This document shows positions 13,540 to 27,020 of a DNA stretch of 64,000 nt, piece after piece. The position numbers and the translations under genes were made by a program. The notes under the pieces were generated by a model that worked only from the letters and a program-made list of their open reading frames with translations, was not told where the DNA came from and searched no databases. Location of the stretch: NCBI RefSeq assembly GCF_009914755.1, contig NC_060947.1; one strand, written 5' to 3'. How positions within the stretch are numbered: position 1 is the first letter of the stretch; every line of letters begins with the position of its first letter. Origin of the DNA: the human T2T-CHM13v2.0 reference genome, Homo sapiens.

Positions 13540-13624
13540 TTTTCAGTACCCGAGAGTCATGAGTAATTTCCCTAAATACAGAGTACCCCAGAGCAGAACA
13601 AGAACAAGGCTGATCTCACAGGGA

Positions 13625-13730
13625 GAACAGGAAAGATAATAATTTTTTATTCACAAGAAGAAAAATGCCACTGGATCCAAGGTTCTCAAGAGTGGTCTCA
13701 GAAAACGTAAAGCCCTGGGGGTAAAAGGTG
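13625..13730 (-). other. Candidate terminal exon of a minus-strand transcript
   Basis: Acceptor tcttttacag, AATAAA at 13646-13651, downstream GU/U-rich element. Confidence 0.3.
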
Positions 13731-13874
13731 CTGTAAAAGACATAGATGTGTAATCTAACATTGTCTATTACAGATAAAGCCAATAGCCTCATTAGAAGCA
13801 ATCAAAGTCACAAGGAGCATCCTCTGGAGAAACCCTAACAGCTGGGGCTATTTAGGACTAATTGCTTAACTCAC

Positions 13875-13974
13875 CCTTAGGCACAGGAAGCTGAGGCTGA
13901 AGGAGGAAGACATTTAACTCACCTCAAATGTGTTACTAGCAAAGGAACTTCCCAAAGTAGAAGAGCCAGCATCT
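13875..13974 (-). other. Candidate internal exon with two alternative donors
   Basis: Acceptor cctctcctctctgacttctcag; donors GAG|gtgagt (13923) and AGG|gtgagt (13875). Confidence 0.25.
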
Positions 13975-16194
13975 CTGAGAAGTCAGAGAGGAGAGGCTTC
14001 TGAAGAGTTGCTAAAGGATTTCACAAACAAGCCTCGAGCACAGAGTCACTGGTTAAGCCCCTGGTTTCTGCCACCAAAGCAGTCAGGCAGGCTCACTTCC
14101 TCACCTCCAGAAACTTCTCTCTGGCCACTCTCTGCCAGGGAGCAAAGTTGTAATATGATTCGTGGCACCTGGGCAGATGCTGGGTTCATGTGTGGGTGTG
14201 GTGAGAATGCAGAGTGGGGTGGGGACATCCTGAAGAGCAAAATGGAGAGAAACGAGGGGAGCTCCAAGTGGGAGCTGGCCCTTTGTGTTCTCTCTCTCTC
14301 TCTCTCAGCACCCCCACCCACCACGTGCAACTTCCCTTGCACCCCCATAAGCAAAAAGTTAGGAAGGGATGATTTAGGCAGTGCTTTAGTGTTTTGTGAC
14401 ACTTCTAAAAGTCTTTTTAGACAAACACAGGCCAGGGGCCAAAATAAGACTTGGGCCATTCCTCTTTGTGATATTTGCCTTTTATGAGAGATTTAGCCAG
14501 CATGTTTTGGGCTCATTTATAGGACTCCATCTAACTGCAGCAAAATACAAAAATCATTCAGTTTCCAGAATGGAGTCTGATTTTTCATAAATACTTTCCT
14601 TCAGGAACAGAAAGGGCTAATTCAGAAGGAGACACTAAATCTCCTACCGAGTGAATAGGAGGCAAAATTCATTCTTCCCAAATTTGAACACACATGAGAA
14701 AAACAAAATACCCTTGGGCATACAACTTTCAGAAATTTCTATTTAATAAAACCCAAAGATGGGTCTTCAAAAATACTTGTCAAATTTACTGATGTGGATG
14801 AAGTTAACTCATAAATGTTAAAACTCATCCTGCAACTTTACTTAATGTATTTTCAGTCACGGATAATGGCCAATAATTAAAAACTTTCTTAGTAAAGTAG
14901 GAACTGTGAATAAATAGAAATGAGTGAGAAGACTTACTTCAGGGTCATCTTTTCTGAATGAAACTTCTTATCTTTTTCAACAGGCACCTCCTCGCCAGGT
15001 GATTCTGCTGCAGGCTAAAGTGTGCAGATCAGTGATTTAATGCAAGACCCAACAGAGGAAGCACATTCAAGTTACAGACACTCTTCATATATTTCCTTCT
15101 GGAATTCATATGAGAGTCCCAATCACCACCCATCAAAGCAAGGTTTGTCCAATTACGTTAGTCTTCTCTACTCACTTTTCTGGTCTTAAAGGCTACAGAA
15201 AAGTTGCCCAAGGCAAGGTCATGGTTTCCTAAGAAGAGGATGCTCTTGATGACATTGACCAAAGCTTTGCACCCCACAGAAGCAGAAAACCTGCCTCAAC
15301 ATTGATTGCCAAGTAGCCTGCAGAGCCTAAAGAAAGGGTCTCCCTTTCAGCTCCCAAGGCCAACAAAAGCCTTCTCAGGCAGGCCCACAGCTCCAAGGGC
15401 AAACTGGCTGACCTACAAAAGCCTTCACATACATTTGCCAAATCCCGTAGTATTTTCACCGAGTCCTCTTAACTGTTGGTCCTTCTTCCCACTTCTCACT
15501 TGAGCATCAAGCCAACTGGAGTTCCCCTCCTTTCCCCTTTTCAGCTGACTCATCAAGCCTGTCTCGTCTGCACACAGCCTGATATAGAAAGCCTATAAAC
15601 CATCCCCGTGCAAAGAAGTGGCCAGCTCCACTGTATTTGAGTGCTGAAGAGCTGGGCCCCTCCAACCTGGGTGGTGTGAGTAGATGGGCAGCTGCAGAAA
15701 TAGACAACCAGGAGCTTCAAAGGGTCACATTTCCCCTGAGGGTTATTTGGTGCCTCCCAAGACTAAAATTCCTTCCTTGGAATGTGGCAAGATGGAAATT
15801 AAATGCAAAGAGGCTGACCTGCTAACCTCTTCCTAGGCTTTACCATCATTTGTTTATAGGGGGTTTAGAAAATCTTTCCCTCCCCTTACTCAAAGTTTCA
15901 AGCTCCTTTTCTCTCTCAGCTACCAGGCAAAGAAAATAATGTGAAATATGGGCAATAAGTATTAAAGGAGTAATTTCTGTGTTGGCCTGAATGAGACTAT
16001 ATCACTTCTGATTTTTCACTTCACTCTCTGATAAGGCAGTCCCAGAATATCAGAGTATATTTCTTTTATTTAGGAATATGTTTCTGATTGATTTTTGGAA
16101 AAAAGCTCACTATCTAGCCTTCCTGAACTTCTCAGATTTATGGAATGGCATATGATCTGAAAGCAACATTAAAAAAAGATTTGGTAGGTGGGGG

Positions 16195-16368
16195 TGATGG
16201 GGAGTGATTGTTTAATGCATACGGGTCTCATTTTGGGGTGCTGAAAATGTTTTGAAACTAGATAGTGGTGATAATTTCACAACATAATGAGTGTCACTAA
16301 ATGCCACTGAATAGTATAATTTTAAATAGTGAATGTTATGTTATGTGAATTTCACCCCAATAAAAAAA
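16195..16368 (+). mobile_element. L1MB-type 3' end
   Basis: ttttggggtgctgaaaatgttttgaaactagatagtggtg...atgtgaatttcaccccaataaaaaaa. Confidence 0.8.
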
Positions 16369-16499
16369 AGCAAACAATTTGGCAATGGAGAAACTTGTTC
16401 TGCCTCCTGAGCAGCAAAGAAACATAACCTAGAAGATGCAAAATCTTCAACAGCAACAACAACAACAACAATACAATCAGCTAAGATCACCACGCTTAA

Positions 16500-16730
16500 T
16501 GATAATAGCAAACATTTATTGATCACATGGGCCAGGCACTGTACTAAATTACATGCCCTATTTCACTGAATCCCCACACAACAATCCTATGAGGTAGGTT
16601 CTATTTATGATTCACTGAGGAAGTAGAGGCTCAGAGAAGTTAAGTAGTATCCTCAAGGTCACATGGCTAATAAGTAAAGACATGGCTCCAACTCACTACT
16701 ATCTAATTCCAGAGTACATGCTCTTGATGG
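16500..16730 (-). mobile_element. MIR
   Basis: aggctcagagaagttaagtagtatcctcaaggtcacatggcta. Confidence 0.75.
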
Positions 16731-16913
16731 CATGTGTAGGTGATCAATCAGTGTGCATATAGGAGGAAGAGTTTTCTGCGTCTATAAAAGCTCGGTTTTT
16801 GAGGTGAGTGGGGTGAGCTCCTTGAAATGGCAGACATGAGAAAAGGCAGAATTCGTGACTACAGCATTGGCCACCAGAGCAGTAATGTGGGGTGAGGCCA
16901 GGGAGAGAGTAGA

Positions 16914-17276
16914 TGATATGGTTTGGCTGTGTCCCCACCAAAATCTCATCTTGAGTTGCAGTTCCTATAATCCCCATGTGTCATGGGAGGGACTTGGTGG
17001 GAGGTAATTGAATCATGGAGGCGGTTACCCCCATGCTGTTCTTGTGACAGTGAGTTCTCACGACATCTGATGTTTTTATAAGGAACTTTTCCCCTTTTGC
17101 TCATTCTTCTCCTTCCTGCCACCATGTGAAGAAGGACATATTTGCTTCCCCTTCCACCATAATTGTAAGTTTCCTGAGGCCTCTTCAGCCCTGCGAAACT
17201 GTGAGTCAATTAAACTTCTTCCCTTTATAGATTATCCAGTCTCGGCTATTTCTTTGTAGCAGTGTGAGAACGGACT
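16914..17276 (+). mobile_element. THE1-family MaLR solo LTR lacking its last ~6 nt
   Basis: tgatatggtttggctgtgtcccca...agcagtgtgagaacggact. Confidence 0.92.
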
Positions 17277-17466
17277 GCATCTACTCAGAGCAAAGAAAAG
17301 TTTTAGCAAGGAGAAAGTGTGCATGTACAACTGTGTGTATACATGACCATGTGTGAAGAGAGAGAGGACACAGGCATGGGAGAGAATGAGCACTTCGAGT
17401 TCAGTGGAGGGGGCAGGGCGAGTAAATGCCCACCTTTCCACTCTGCTCTCAACACACATAACTCAC

Positions 17467-17506
17467 CCTTGTAGGCTGGGAATCCCTCACTTGTAAGCGT
17501 GCTTGC
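17467..17506 (-). other. Candidate 40-nt exon
   Basis: Acceptor ttcctttttttccctcag and donor AGG|gtgagt. Confidence 0.35.
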
Positions 17507-18106
17507 CTGAGGGAAAAAAAGGAATTTGAGGCCCGGGCCAAAGGCGTTACACTTTTTTTTTCTTTAAAAACAAAAACATATGTAAGCAACTGAAATAAGG
17601 CTCAATAAAACCTTGATAACTAACAAGACTTGCAATTACTCAATTTGGGGTGATATGATTTGTAGTCATTCAGTTTAACTAAAAAGAGGGCATTGTTTTC
17701 TGGGATAAGATATGGGTGAAAAAAAATCACTTTTTGCCTAAGAATCTTCCATATATGCAAGGAATAAATGGTGGAAAAAGACTTTTGCCTCTGCTTTGGA
17801 GCTGAGAAGCCTGCAGAGACCTGGCTAACTGACCCTGGAAACTTTCAGAAAGGTACAGAAAATGAAGCAAAATTACCCTTTATCTGTCTGAGCACAATTC
17901 ACTAGATTAAAGCCCTCTACAGGCAAAGTACATCCATTCTTGGTGCAACACCGTCTGCAAACTCTCAGAGTGAAAAGAACTTCTGATTCTCAGGGACTGA
18001 AAAGGGTCCTGGGAAGTGAGTGCCCAGAAGTCAATGGGCCTGCTGCTGTGGGAGGGGAGAGACTGCCAATGGGATCCCACTGAGAGAGAAACCCCAGGAG
18101 CCCACC

Positions 18107-18120
18107 CCAGCAGGGGGCGA
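18107..18120 (+). promoter_or_regulatory. CTCF core motif
   Basis: CCAGCAGGGGGCGA fits CCASYAGRKGGCR. Confidence 0.5.
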
Positions 18121-18559
18121 GCCAGCACCAGGGCATCCTGAGAAGCCAATCCTGGAAGTGGGCACGAAGGCCTTTGACCCTGAAAGCATGGATCCCAAGC
18201 CCTGCCATTTCCCAGGTCAATCATCCTCTCGCCAGCGTCTCTACTTCCCTGTGGGCAGAGGCAGATAATGAAGTGCCTGTTCTGGCTCATGCTGTTGCTT
18301 TACAAAGGGAGTTTTTCTGTAATTGGTCCATGCAAGGAGAGTTATTACATCTTCTGAACCGTTAGGTCCCAAATGGCAATACCGAAGCACAATGGCTACA
18401 GTCACAGCCTTTGGAGACAGTATATTCATAGCCACTTCCCGTAGAGTGACAGGGAAGACAGAAATGGCCGAGAAATGTGTGCACTGGCCTTATGAAATAC
18501 GGGTCTGAATCTTCTGTAAAAACTCCATTGAAGTTTTCACCCCTTGTATTACTTATGGA

Positions 18560-18765
18560 TCCACAAGGTAATTCCTCCTTACCCTAATTACTTCATCTGT
18601 ACAATGGGGGTAATTATATGCATACATCATGAAGACATTTGTGAGGATTAAATGGGATAATGCATGCAAATGGGATAATGCAGCTATTGCTTAGTGCAAT
18701 AGCTGGCGCATGATGAGCTCTCAAAGAATATTAGCTATTACTGATATGAAATAATTCATCATTAT
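18560..18765 (+). mobile_element. MIR
   Basis: catctgtacaatggggg...gtgaggattaaatgggataatgc. Confidence 0.7.
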
Positions 18766-19569
18766 TATTCAGCATTATAAGCAGCTTGTGTCTTCTGAAG
18801 AACAGACACTACTCCATTTATCAGATGAGTACTAGATAATCCATCATGTTTCACTTATTGTCTTGGTTTGAACTCAAAGTCAAATTGAATGTTCAAATTC
18901 AGTAATTCTAATGCTACTAGATATTGAGCTCTTTGAGGGCAGGAGCCATGTTTTACTCAGCTCTGTATTTTTAGTGGCAATCCCAGGGCCAGGTTCACAG
19001 TGCTTATGAAATGTGTGAGATGACTTCCACCCCAAGTTCTTGATAGAACCATTGTTCATGTCTTCTTCTCCCTTGACTTTCTTCCACAAGGTTTCAGATC
19101 TTTTTGTAAACTTCAAATTACTTAATAGACAGATTTTATTCAGATCCTTTTCAGAAATAGGTGGGGAATAAATAATACTGATTCTGAAATATTTATTTAC
19201 AATAACCCTACATATCTCACCTAAAATGGAGAGTGGTGCATGTCCAAAGTAGGATGACAATGTTACTGAGGATCCAGAGGGAAAGGAATGTGGAGGCCAG
19301 GGACAGGGACAAGAATGGCAGAGACCACAAAAGACCCAGAAACAAGCTTTCAGACATATTGGTCCATATTGGCATCATGTCAGCTGCTAATGACCCTTTC
19401 CAAGAGGTTGGCTTAAAACAGCATTTCCCCTTGGGCCTCTGTTGCTAGCATAGCCCAAGAGGGAAAACTCACTCTTCTTTTTTTTCCTATTCTTAATGTT
19501 TTTGGAAAGGGTAAGGGACAGGGAGTTGCCAGCAACAGAGCATCATGGTTAAGAATTTTTCTACTTTTC

Positions 19570-19780
19570 AATTGACTCAGCTTCAGTCTTAACTCTGTCA
19601 CTTACTATCATGTGACCCTGGGTAAGTTTCTTAACCTCTCTGAATGTCATTTTCCTCCTCTGTAAAATGCCGATGACAATAATGATATGATCCTCACTAG
19701 GTTGTTGTGAAGATTAAATTAAAATTATGTGAAGTGTCTGGGACATAGTAAGAGTTCAATAAATGTGAGTTGCTATGATT
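19570..19780 (+). mobile_element. MIR
   Basis: tgtgaccctgggtaagtttcttaacctctctgaatgtcattttcctcctctgtaaaatg. Confidence 0.8.
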
Positions 19781-22129
19781 ATGTGTCCTGCAGTCATTAG
19801 CTACAGGCTCGAATAACTGAGCACCTCAGGATGATGGAAAGACCGGACTAGAAGCCATGGGTTCAAGCCTTGAAGAGTGGCTTGTGGGGTCAGGGATCAG
19901 AGATTAAAGGGCATACCTAGTTACTCATTTGTAACATGGTAAAAATGTAGTGTCTATCTATTTCCCACGAGTAAAAGTTTTAAGAATTTAATGAGCTAAC
20001 GCATGTGAAAGTACTTTGCGAAATGCAATCATTCTGTGCAGATGTAAGTGGTATTCTCACTGGGCATTCCCAGAGAGAGGGAAACATTATGTTTAGCTCA
20101 TAAATACTTGGGTTTTAATCCTTTGAAGGCTTTCCTGCTAGCACACCGTGGTACGGAGAAACAGCAGACAGTGCAGACTCGAGATGTTCTCTCTGCACCG
20201 AGCTGGGCTCTGCTCTCAAACCCCTCCATGTCCCACCCTGTTCAGGAGCTTTTAAGATGGCCTTGTCATTTTTAAAGGTTCTTTTCACCAAGCCATCAGT
20301 TTTAGGCATCATCTTGCAACTGTGACATGTCTAATCTTGCTCACTTGACGATGCTAGGGCCATGGCGAAGTGACTGAGGGCTTGGAGCTGCCTGTCATAG
20401 CTAATGGCTCAGCCCACACAAGACTTAGAGGCTGCTTGTGTCATCCTCTGTCCAGCTGGCAGACAGAGAGGTGTGAAGAGTTGTCATCCATCACCAAATA
20501 GAAAGCAATCTCTCCTGATGGAAATAAAACAATCAATACGTTTGGATTTCAATCACAGAGAATATGTTTTCTCAGAATAGGTCTTAATCAGTGTGTGCCC
20601 TGACAGATAGCATGTTGGTGTGAAGCATAAGCTGTGCAAGAACAAATGTCACTTGGAATACCAAAATAGATTTAATAGAAGAAACATACATCAGAATGTA
20701 TCTTTGTTCCCTACCTCCTTACAGAATTTGTGAGACAATTCTTGTAACATGGTTACCTGACTCACTGGACTGCCAGCATTTCAACATTAGGAAAGAATGA
20801 ATTTTCCAAAAAAAGGAGTGGTGCATTTCTATTTCTGGGAGACTCTCCCATATTTAGAGCTAAAAAGAACCTTAAGATCTTTCAACCTAGTTTGCTCCTT
20901 TTATAAAAGGAAATGAAGTCCCAAAAGGGCAACTGACATGCCCAAGGTCACACAGCCAGTCAGTGGCAGAGCCAGAGTATAAATCCAAGAAATACTAATC
21001 ATTTTGGAATCAGAAAATATGCAGTAAAACAGCAACTAAAGGCATTTGAACAACCATTGACATTTTGGTAACACTAACAAAACAATGGTGGGTGGTCTGT
21101 ACTTCTTATTCTAGACGATTCCTAAAATCCCTTCAGTATTGGCAGTCTGGGAGTTTATGATGTGACATTTGCATTACATCTCTTGGGGACCAAATCCCTG
21201 TTCTATGAGGTGTAAGTTGTGGTGACACCCATTGAATATAAACCTTCAAGCAGACAGTTGCAGAAAATTCAACCAGCCTCTTGTTTCATGTGTTCTGATG
21301 GGAAATGCCCCTCCTTATTTAATTGTCTGTTGAGTGCCCCTGCAAAAATCCACCTCCTTCCAGGCCAAGCTCAATCTTCCCTACTTACCAAGTTAATGAA
21401 CACCCACTCACAGGAATGGGCTTTTTCTTTCTCCAAGAAACAAAGGTGTGATTTCAGGAAATGTCTTCCATCTGGTTACGATTTTTTAAAACAACAGTAA
21501 TTGCTGGGGTGGTTTTGGGGGTGTTCTTCTCAATTCTACATTTTTGGACATTTTCTCCCAATCGTACTGCAGAACAAACAAGCCAGAGAAGATCCAACAC
21601 TTCCCAGTTTTATTCTCTCACCTCCCACTTGCTCAGACCAGAAAGAGTAAAGAGATTCTGGTCTTGAGTATTTCATTTGAGGCTTCTCACTTCCAGAACT
21701 TCAGGTGAATATAGCAAGTGTGGTTTTAAGTACTACAGAGTGCTAAGCACTGGGTAAGACCTGGGCCACGGTGTATGAGTTGGGGTGCAGGATGGCTACA
21801 ACTGCTCCCCTGTCCTTCAGCAGCTTGCAAGCCTGGAAGAGAGAGATGCAAAATTCTCACTAGAATTTGTTGCAGAACAAAATGCCTTCTATGGGAGGCA
21901 CAAGTGGGAGAGATATAAAATGAACAATTATTCCAGTGAAGAGGAAGATCACAAACACCTCAAGGACAAGAGAACATTAGCACTAAGCTTTAAAGAATGC
22001 GTGTGGAGACACACGTGTGTTAATGCAAGGAGAATCTTCTGTTAACACTAATTACCATTTAATAACCAGAAAAACACATTGTAGACTTTGTGTGTGTGCA
22101 TGTGTGTGTGTGTGTGTTTCAATAGATTT

Positions 22130-22433
<304 letters not shown>

Positions 22434-22449
22434 TAGATTTTAAAATAAT

Positions 22450-22655
22450 ATTACTTAACATTTCTTGAGTGCCAACTGTAGGTTCAGCACAATACTAAGT
22501 GCTCCACATTTATTATCTCATGTAATCATCATAGCAACCTTACATGGACTAGTATGTATTATTCTCCTTTTTAAGTTTAGGAAACCAAGGCCCAAGGACT
22601 TCCAGCTAGTCAATGGCAGAGCCTGGATTTCAAGCCAGGCAGTCTGACTCAAAGC
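22450..22655 (-). mobile_element. MIR
   Basis: cagctagtcaatggcagagcctggatttcaagccaggcagtctgactc. Confidence 0.7.
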
Positions 22656-22659
22656 CAAG

Positions 22660-22849
22660 CAGTTTTCTAAAGGTGTGGGCTGCATATACCACTAGCCTTA
22701 GACTCACGTGGCAAAGCCTGTTAAAAGTGCAGATTCTGAGCCTCGGCCCAGACTCAGGAACCAGAATCCTGTTATATGGGGCACAGGAATTTGTATTTTC
22801 AACCAGACCCCAAGGTGAAACTAATTCAACTAATGTTTGAAAATCACTG
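22660..22849. mobile_element. MER5A/B hAT-Charlie element
   Basis: cagttttctaaa...gttaaaagtgcagattctgag...tttgaaaatcactg termini. Confidence 0.7.
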
Positions 22850-23237
22850 TAGTACAGCATTCACTTGCATGGAGAAAGCTAGAATATTACTACAGGGATC
22901 CCAGAACAAATGAAGAGCAGTCAAAATTATTGGTAAATGAATCTTTCACCATTAATTTAACTAACTAAAATAACAAATTCATTTTATATTTTGAAATGAT
23001 ATGATTGATATCATATCTAAGAAAGGCAGGCCTAAAAGGCTGGCCATCTGGGATTTGAGGGGAACAAAAGAAGTGGTTAAATGGAGGGCAGAAACTATAG
23101 AAAGGAAGGTGAATCAGTATGCGAAGGCAATGGCTCTGGAGGACAATGTCACAAAGTGGAATCTTGGGGTCCTGACAGTCTAATCCTAGCCCTGCCACTA
23201 AACAGGCCAGTTGACCTAGAGCACTCAACTTTTCCAG

Positions 23238-23360
23238 GTATATTAGTCTGTACTCACACTGCTATAAAGACATACGTGAGACTGGGTAATTTATGAAGAA
23301 GAGAGGTTTAATTGATGCACAGTTCCACAGACTGCACAGGAAGCATGGGTGTGAGGCCTG
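23238..23360 (-). mobile_element. MST-type MaLR LTR fragment
   Basis: gtatattagtctgtactcacactgctataaag...gagactgggtaatttatgaagaagagaggtttaattg. Confidence 0.8.
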
Positions 23361-23479
23361 TGGTGATGTGGTTGCATTTTCATACCACCAATTCTCACCT
23401 AATTTTAATATCATGAAATGCACTCAATTGTAAATCAATACCACATGTAATGAAGTCTTGCTTCCATACTCAGAAGATA

Positions 23480-23700
23480 TCTTTATTAGGCACTTACCAT
23501 GTTCCAGTGAATGGTTGAGGTACTTTTACATGGATTATCCTATTTCATTCTCTCAATAACCCTATGCAGCAAATAATTATTGTATTATCATTTTGCAGCT
23601 GAGAACAAGGGGCTCTGCGAGGTTGAGTAACTCAACTTGCCCAGTGTCACACAGCTGGCAAATGACAGAGCTTGGATTGGAACTCGATTATCTGACCTCA
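23480..23700 (-). mobile_element. MIR
   Basis: acttgcccagtgtcacacagctggcaaatgacagagc. Confidence 0.7.
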
Positions 23701-24138
23701 ACGACCTGATTACAAAGGACTTCTATAGCAGTCCATGCAAGATCAGCCAGTTCTAGGTAGGCAAAAAAGGCCAAGGACAAAGAACATAGTCTCCCTCAAA
23801 GAGAGGTTCAATGGAACTAATGCTCCAGCAGACTTCAAGATGACTGAGACCTTCCATCCTCAAGGGGCAACGCCACCGCTGCTGTCAATCCTGCTACTCC
23901 TCTCCCTTTTCTCTTTTTGAGACAAGGTCTCGCTCTGTCACCCAGGCTGGAGTGCAGTGGCGTAATCACAGCTCACTGTAGCCTCGACTTCCAGTGCTCA
24001 AGCAATCCTCCCACCTCAGCATCCTGAGTAGCTGGGACTACAGGCGCACATCACCATGCCCAGTGATTTTTTAAATTTTTAGTAGTGAAGAGGTCTCGCT
24101 GTTTTGCCCAAGCTGGTCTTGAAGTGATCAAGTGATCA

Positions 24139-25250
<1,112 letters not shown>

Positions 25251-26769
25251 ATGAGGAAAATGATCATTCACTTGTCCAGCAACTGAGCTATGCAAAATGC
25301 AGGACTCTGCACAAAAACTGAGAATTCTTCCACTGGAGTGTAGTGACTATTGGGAACAGGCTTGGCTTTTCAGCTTCCTTATCATGTTCAACCTCTCATC
25401 TCTCTTACTTTCAATAGGCTTACCCATTGGTGTGGTTTTTGGATTTTGTGGATCTTTACATTAGAACATACTGAGTTTTCTTTCTCAGAAGAAATGTCTG
25501 CCAACATAAATCCAAGCCATGGGCTTCTCCTAGTACTCCTTTTCACGTTTCATCAAAATTTTACTTTTCATCAAAATTCTGGGCATAAGCAACATTCAAA
25601 TTTGCTTCTTTTATGTGGTGTGATTAAAAGTCCTGTGTAGTGCCTGTACGAATCATCCACCCTCCTGAAAGCTTCTCTGTAATAACATTTCCACCTTTGA
25701 ATAATGTGCTGATCCATTGATTAAATCAGTTTCAAAGGTTGAATCAGTGAGGTAAAATTGGCAGGCAGGAAGGTAATGCCAGACACTAATTCCCTTTCCT
25801 CGGGGTGAGCTCTATAAATGTGTAGCAATAGAATAGCTTTGTAATCTTCAGGGAAGTCTACGGTGCTGAAATTAAACCCATCAGGCAAAGAATACCTTTT
25901 CCCAACCACAAATTATCCTGCATTTTATGAGCAACAGGTAAACAAGTAACTTTTGAAAGCAAGAAGACAATAATATTTTCCATTCTGCAAAGGTTTTATT
26001 TCAGAAGGGCCTGCAGCATTAGTACTTTAGAAGAACAGTTAATTTGTCCTCATTCTTTTGAAACCTGGAGGCACCCAATGCATGGGCTCCAGAAGGGAAG
26101 AAGTCAGCACACATCACCGAAATAGACCAGTTTCCACCACCTAACAGGAAAGCAGCTCAGGGGGAAAAGTGTGTTCATCAATTGCATTTCATAGACATCC
26201 TCTGCAGCTTTTCCAGCCACTAACTTTTTTTGCCAGACACTTAGAGCCCTTGAATGCTTGTTTAATTTCAGACTACAAAAGTCATTATTCAGCGATGGCA
26301 CAAGAAACAAATATCACCCACTGCTAAAAAGCTTTGGGCTTGGTAGACAATTCCAGGCCAGCAATAGGCATGTTGTCACGGTTCTACCAAGAAAAAACAC
26401 ACTCCAGGTGCCTCAAATGAGGTAGGCGCAAAAGCGGAAGTGACCAACAGTTGTGTAGATCAGAACTTGCAATTGCTTTGAATGTCTGGTTTTAATAAGT
26501 CTTGGTGTCACAGGATGTGGAGAGCCAACACTGTCTTCTGCAGCAACCCATGCCGAGACTCACTTTCTCTGAGACAAGGGGCAAGCTACCCTTTTGTTAC
26601 TCATTTATGTTTGGTACAACTCGCTTGTGATATGTTCTTCACCAAAAAGGTTGTCATTATCATCAGATCGTCATCTTAATTTGAGACTGTAGTAGCACTA
26701 AGTGTTTTGCATTTGTTACTTCATTGAATCATCACAAAACCCTTGGAAGATAGGAAACATCATTACCAA

Positions 26770-27020
26770 AGCAATGGTAGTTATCATCTCCTGAGTGCTG
26801 CTATAGTGTTATGTGCCACACACTCTCCTAAGAACATTATACACATTATCTCATTTCCTTCTTACAAGAACTCTGTTATTCACCCTGTTTTACACATGAG
26901 AAAACAGAAGATCAGAGACATCAGGTAACCTCTCCAAAGTCACTGCTATAATGGGTAGAAGAATCAGAATTGGAACCCAGGTCATTCAAATTCCAGCTCG
27001 CACACACTTTTCCCTGCTAC
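26770..27020 (-). mobile_element. MIR
   Basis: ttttacacatgagaaaacagaagatcagaga...gaattggaacccagg. Confidence 0.6.

Noticed and set aside
13121-13639. 172-aa hydrophobic ORF
   Set aside because: Artefact of a CT-rich tract and a (GT)n repeat; non-ATG start and no recognisable domain.
13930-14487. 185-aa ORF, longest in the window
   Set aside because: Non-ATG start, crosses a (CT)n repeat, no recognisable homology.
18650-18682. Short tandem duplications (aaatgggataatgca x2; also agtgactgaaaca x2 near 41720)
   Set aside because: Ordinary slippage duplications with no further signal.
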